A stretch of 59,959 nt of DNA from Acutalibacteraceae bacterium. Its GTDB lineage: Bacteria; Bacillota; Clostridia; Lachnospirales; Lachnospiraceae. Where the stretch lies: the NCBI GenBank assembly GCA_963595005.1, contig CAVBGP010000001.1, positions 1 to 59,959 on the forward strand. The letters run 5' to 3'. This document shows positions 56,178 through 59,959 of the stretch, in pieces; position 1 is the first letter of the stretch, and every line of letters begins with the position of its first letter. The notes under the pieces are model-generated. The model did no database searches. It was given only the letters and a program-made list of their open reading frames with translations, and was not told the DNA's origin. The position numbers and the translations under genes were made by a program.

Positions 56178-56931
56178 GAATCTCATACATTGTTTTTATT
56201 TCTTCCAGAATTATCTCCTTTGTTCTGCCAACCAAACCCAACTGCTTAACATCCACAGTTTCATTTTTCATACGCTGGACAAACTCTTGAATATCGGCAT
56301 AAACTCCTTCTGGAGCAACTATCTTGGCATTGGGATCAATCAACTCCGTCAGACGGAAAACATCATTCTTATGTTTCTTAATATTTTTGCTATCAACGTG
56401 TTTTCCTGCAACCTTACAATCTGTCAAATCCATCCATGCTTTTGCCTTAAATGGAATCAAATATGCCGCATCCAAGACACTCACTCCATCAACGGTGACT
56501 TTTCCCTTCTTCAAAAATTCGTAGTAATCATCGTTCAAAAGAATCGCAGACAGACTTGAAATATCTTCGTCCATCGGCAACGGTGTTAGCACAGCATCTT
56601 CTGGAAGCTGAATAGCATCTAGCCTTCGTGTAAATAGTTCAATCATCGCAGGATACTTATTTGAGATTGGGTTGCTAAAACGATAAAACTGCGGTACACC
56701 CAGACTTTTATTACAATGTTTATATCCAGCTTGTCTTACATATTCCCAAAATTTCTTTCCGAAATTCGCATCGACTGCTTCTATAATCAGAACAAGGTCA
56801 ATATCCTTTGTTGCTCGAAAGTCCAAGCCTTCTTCCGTCATCAGAATGTCACACGCCGTTCCTCCAATGATAGCATATTGTTCTTCACTGTTCTTGAACC
56901 ATGCCTTAAAACTATCAATTCCTGTAACCAT
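56170..56931 (-). CDS. AbiEii/AbiGii-like nucleotidyltransferase (putative type IV TA toxin)
   Basis: IIGGTACDILM...FRATKDIDLVL matches the GG(S/T)A...R.T.D(I/L)D NTase motif of AbiEii toxins. Overlaps the upstream regulator gene by 17 nt. Confidence 0.6.
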   Translation of the reverse strand: MVTGIDSFKAWFKNSEEQYAIIGGTACDILMTEEGLDFRATKDIDLVLIIEAVDANFGKKFWEYVRQAGYKHCNKSLGVPQFYRFSNPISNKYPAMIELFTRRLDAIQLPEDAVLTPLPMDEDISSLSAILLNDDYYEFLKKGKVTVDGVSVLDAAYLIPFKAKAWMDLTDCKVAGKHVDSKNIKKHKNDVFRLTELIDPNAKIVAPEGVYADIQEFVQRMKNETVDVKQLGLVGRTKEIILEEIKTMYEILK

Positions 56932-57874
56932 CTATCTTCCTCCACAGTTCATTCAGCATTTCTTCTACTGCTTCTTCAACCCGTTCATCTGCATCTTCTC
57001 TCAATGCCAAAGCCAAAGAAAGCTCGTCTACAGTATTTCGTGTGGACAATTTTCTTGGATTGTATCTCCACATCTCTACGGCCACTTGCACCTGCGAATC
57101 ATACAAGCTATTTGTCATAACATCTTTCCATTGAGAGATTCTTTCTGCCGCGTAACATCTGACATTCGGTGCGTTCAGCATGGAATACTCTGCCAATGCC
57201 GAATATCCGCTTTCCAGCAACTCTGTTCCCACGTATTTTTTCGGAATATAAATCGTTCGTTTTATTGGGTTCAGTAACTTATCTCCTGCTTTTTGGAACA
57301 GAGTTTTCGGAGAATCCTCAGATTGCATGATCCTCTGCACACCTACTTTCCTGATATGCAGCAATCCCATTTCTTCAAGCTGTCTCGATGCCCTTGATAT
57401 AGAAGTAGGTGTCAGTTCCAAGTCCTTCGCAGCTTGACTTGTAGATAGTTCCTGTGCGCCTCCATAAATGAAATGCAGTAGAAGCATCTGTGCCGATGGA
57501 AGTATTTCCTCCCGTGGCATTTTTTCCGCACTGCATCGTTCCTGCAAATACACTGCCATAAAGGGCAAATAAATTTGCTTGCCATCTACAATAAATGGAA
57601 TCTTCTCACGAATCAAATATTCTTTCTGGCGAAAGCTAAGTTCTTTCAGCACCAGCACAACGGGCAAGTTCTCATTTTTCTGTATCCGAGCAATATGCTT
57701 TTTCAGCACTTCAATCTGCTCCAGTTCTGTCTTAGGATAAAGAAAAATCATCTTCTGTTCACTCATAGACACCATCTGTAAGCGATACCTTGTGTCTATA
57801 AAATTGGGCAAATGCTTAAACTCTACATCCTCATAGGTAACCTTGACTCCAAGAACTTTATCGAGATATTCCAT
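56915..57874 (-). CDS. Winged-helix (MarR-like) regulator, putative AbiEi-like antitoxin partner (319 aa)
   Basis: Central wHTH LSTSQAAKDLELTPTSISRASRQLEEMGLL flanked by unassigned N- and C-terminal domains. Upstream of and overlapping the NTase gene. Confidence 0.5.
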   Translation of the reverse strand: MEYLDKVLGVKVTYEDVEFKHLPNFIDTRYRLQMVSMSEQKMIFLYPKTELEQIEVLKKHIARIQKNENLPVVLVLKELSFRQKEYLIREKIPFIVDGKQIYLPFMAVYLQERCSAEKMPREEILPSAQMLLLHFIYGGAQELSTSQAAKDLELTPTSISRASRQLEEMGLLHIRKVGVQRIMQSEDSPKTLFQKAGDKLLNPIKRTIYIPKKYVGTELLESGYSALAEYSMLNAPNVRCYAAERISQWKDVMTNSLYDSQVQVAVEMWRYNPRKLSTRNTVDELSLALALREDADERVEEAVEEMLNELWRKIDGYRN

Positions 57875-57988
57875 GTCATCACCTGCAATCTTAACTCTTT
57901 TTCTGTATTATAACTCTTTTTAAGTTAAGACGCAATATTTGAGTTAAGAATAGTCAAAAATCTACATTACAAAAAATCATTTTCAAAG

Positions 57989-58020
57989 AAAAAAGCCCGG
58001 TGTAGCATGAGCATTACACC
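57989..58020 (-). terminator. Terminator downstream of the relaxase gene
   Basis: Minus strand GGTGTA-ATGCTCATGC-TACACC followed by GGGCTTTTTTC. Confidence 0.5.
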
Positions 58021-58041
58021 CACACTGCGCCGGACATTCCA

Positions 58042-59508
58042 TCATCGACTGCTTTCCCTATTTTCTTCTTCCTGCTGCACTTCCTGCTCATGCAACTGCT
58101 CTTTTTTCTGTTCGTCCTCTTTCAGAATTTCCTGCACAATCTTCTGTGCCACAAGCCAATCCTGTATTTCCGATTTAACCTTGCGGTACTCTGCATAGGA
58201 GCTTTTCTTTCGTTCCAGAAGCATCGCATACTCTGCGTTCAGCTCGCTGATGCGTGGTAGCTTTTTGTCAGAACCGTTTTCTTTCTTATAGGCATCAAAC
58301 GCCTTTTTCGCTGCGCTGCGCAAGGTCAGCATATCCCGATGAGCTTCATAGAAATCTCGATTGTAGCCGGATGCTTTATACGCGGCAAAAACATCTTTTG
58401 TCTTGGCATAATTGATTAGATGCTTCCGCAGCACTGACACTTCCGACATCCGTGCCTCATCTGCCTTTACAGATTCCAGCAGCGCATCGCATTTTTCAGA
58501 AATTCCATCTGCCTTTTCCTTTAACTCTGCATAGCTCTTGATTCCATGTTCTTCCATAAACATCATAGTTTTTGCCATCTGCTTCAGGTTAAAGACTTTC
58601 GCCCAACGCGCATATCCCGCGCCTTTGCCCGCCTGCATTTTGGCTCGCACATCAATAAGGAACGACAGCTCTGCTTTCTGATGCACCTGTGCTGACCGTG
58701 CGCTTGTACGGGTTTTCTCCGCAAATTTGCTTTTGTGAATCGCATTCCCAGCAAGCACCTCGCAAAGTTCTTCAACTGAATAGCCCTTGCCGAGAGAGCG
58801 GAAACGAGCAAATCTGGCGTGACCTTTCCCCCGCAGGGCAGGCTGTTTTCCATCTTTATACTCGTATCCTGGCTCTTGCAAAATCCCAATCAGTTCCCGG
58901 AAGTCTTTCGGTTTACTTGCCAATGCTGCATCAATGGCCTCGCAGATTTCATCCCGCTGCGATTTTTTCTCCGGGTATTCCGTTCTCTTCTGCCGCTCCC
59001 CATAGGGCTTCCGAATAATAACCGACAACCGATGTTCCAGACAGACGATATCACTGAGCCTCGCCAGTGCAAGACCGGATAAGCGAAAATCTCGGAATTT
59101 TCTGGTGCAGTCTAATGTAGTCGAATTAAAAATAATGTGATTATGAATGTGCGCACGATCAACATGGGTAGCCACGATAAAGGCGTGTTTCCCCTTGGTG
59201 AATCGCATGGCTGTCTCATACCCAACCTTGTTCGCTTCCTCCGGCGTAATTTCTCCGGGCTTAAAGGATTGCCGAATCTGATATGCAATCACATCATGCG
59301 CCTGGGTTCTTCCCGTGATATGCTCATACTGCCGTTTAGAAAGCAGAAATTCTTCATCACAGGTCTTTGCGTCACAGGCATACGCGCTGATGTATTTTCC
59401 ATCTTCCGTCTTTGCTGCATTCTCAGAATAATCAGTACGGTCAGCCAGACACTGCGCTACCGTCTTTCCTTTATTGATATGCAGCGCAATTAGTCTTGTA
59501 GCCGCCAT
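58042..59508 (-). CDS. Relaxase / mobilisation nuclease (MobA/VirD2-type, Pfam Relaxase-like)
   Basis: HUH-type motif ATHVDRAHIHNHIIFN, N-terminal catalytic-Tyr region and coiled-coil C-terminus. ATG at 59508 with SD GGAGG 8 nt upstream; the track ORF starts at the GTG at 59523. Confidence 0.8.
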   Translation of the reverse strand: MAATRLIALHINKGKTVAQCLADRTDYSENAAKTEDGKYISAYACDAKTCDEEFLLSKRQYEHITGRTQAHDVIAYQIRQSFKPGEITPEEANKVGYETAMRFTKGKHAFIVATHVDRAHIHNHIIFNSTTLDCTRKFRDFRLSGLALARLSDIVCLEHRLSVIIRKPYGERQKRTEYPEKKSQRDEICEAIDAALASKPKDFRELIGILQEPGYEYKDGKQPALRGKGHARFARFRSLGKGYSVEELCEVLAGNAIHKSKFAEKTRTSARSAQVHQKAELSFLIDVRAKMQAGKGAGYARWAKVFNLKQMAKTMMFMEEHGIKSYAELKEKADGISEKCDALLESVKADEARMSEVSVLRKHLINYAKTKDVFAAYKASGYNRDFYEAHRDMLTLRSAAKKAFDAYKKENGSDKKLPRISELNAEYAMLLERKKSSYAEYRKVKSEIQDWLVAQKIVQEILKEDEQKKEQLHEQEVQQEEENRESSR

Positions 59509-59529
59509 TTCATATTCCTCCACTCCAAC

Positions 59530-59844
59530 TCAAATTGTCAAAACATCCTCTACACACTCGCACAGCCTTTCCATCAGTTCCATGATGCCGCCCGCACCAA
59601 CCGCAGCTGCGAACAGCCCCATCTCAATCAGGGTCAGCAAGAACACATCCGTCCAGCTCCCCCGAACCACCGAATAGATGCCGCAGCCAAGAACGAAAAG
59701 CATAACCGGCGAAAGTACCCACAGGGATAGCTGCATCAGCAGATTCCAGATAAAGCATAGAAATCGCAGCAGAAACGCAACCGGCAGCAACAGAATTTTC
59801 AGCACCAGCTTCAACAAAAAACATACGATCTTCATGGATTTCAC
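59530..59844 (-). CDS. Small membrane protein (104 aa) upstream of the relaxase
   Basis: Three hydrophobic helices. Its stop lies 21 nt before the relaxase start. Confidence 0.45.
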   Translation of the reverse strand: MKSMKIVCFLLKLVLKILLLPVAFLLRFLCFIWNLLMQLSLWVLSPVMLFVLGCGIYSVVRGSWTDVFLLTLIEMGLFAAAVGAGGIMELMERLCECVEDVLTI

Positions 59845-59931
59845 CCCTTCGTTTTTCTTTTCATCTTCATTTTACCGTACCCGCTTGCCAAACACCACGA
59901 TGTCAAGAGGAAGGCCACAAAAATATGTAAC

Positions 59932-59955
59932 GGCACAGACAGTTTCATCTGTGCC
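59932..59955 (-). terminator. Perfect 8-bp inverted repeat (terminator or oriT-like hairpin)
   Basis: GGCACAGA-CAGTTTCA-TCTGTGCC. On the minus strand it is followed by GTTACATATTTTTG. Confidence 0.35.
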
Positions 59956-59959
59956 ATGT

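Larger units (their letters stand above)
56157..59959. mobile_element. Partial mobilisable/conjugative element (one end; continues beyond the window end)
   Basis: Contains a relaxase, an AbiE-like NTase/regulator pair and a small membrane protein. It starts right after the rpsU promoter and its inner boundary coincides with the 21-bp repeat. Confidence 0.6.

Noticed and set aside
1-59959. CRISPR arrays, tRNA/rRNA genes, IS elements with terminal inverted repeats, prophage structural genes.
   Set aside because: No regularly spaced direct repeats, cloverleaf-capable conserved tRNA sequences, rRNA-like stretches, or transposase/integrase/capsid-like ORFs were seen in any frame of the window.

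Overview
About 60 kb from a Firmicute, by protein content probably a Clostridia / Lachnospiraceae-like organism (inference). Every credible gene from 1180 to 59844 is on the minus strand. Only the first ~1.1 kb carries plus-strand genes. The core (~1.8-56.1 kb) is a housekeeping block containing: rlmD, a small membrane protein, pcrA and serS; an MBOAT/AlgJ-like O-acyltransferase pair; yggS, rpe and rsgA; a DUF853 (HerA-like) NTPase; cdaA-cdaR followed by a Wzy-like membrane protein; two unknown membrane proteins; guaB and a TSCPD protein; a scattered purine set (purL, purD, purH, purO-type cyclohydrolase, purN, purM, purE); two very large cell-wall-binding surface proteins (1146 aa caspase-like, 2940 aa giant); a tightly coupled glycosylation/flippase/flavoprotein block; and ybeY, phoH, rpsU. 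Both ends of the window carry mobile-element-type genes. On the left these are a sigma-like HTH protein and a SymE-like toxin pair abutting the 3' end of rlmD. On the right they are an AbiE-like NTase/regulator pair, a relaxase and a small membrane protein. The two housekeeping/MGE junctions share a 21-bp imperfect direct repeat. The clearest non-genic signal is a mosaic family of two palindromic units (BIME/REP-like) in at least 10 intergenic gaps. I saw no rRNA, tRNA or CRISPR array, and no recognisable T-box, purine or ZTP riboswitch. All function calls come from motif and family recognition by eye; no database search was possible.
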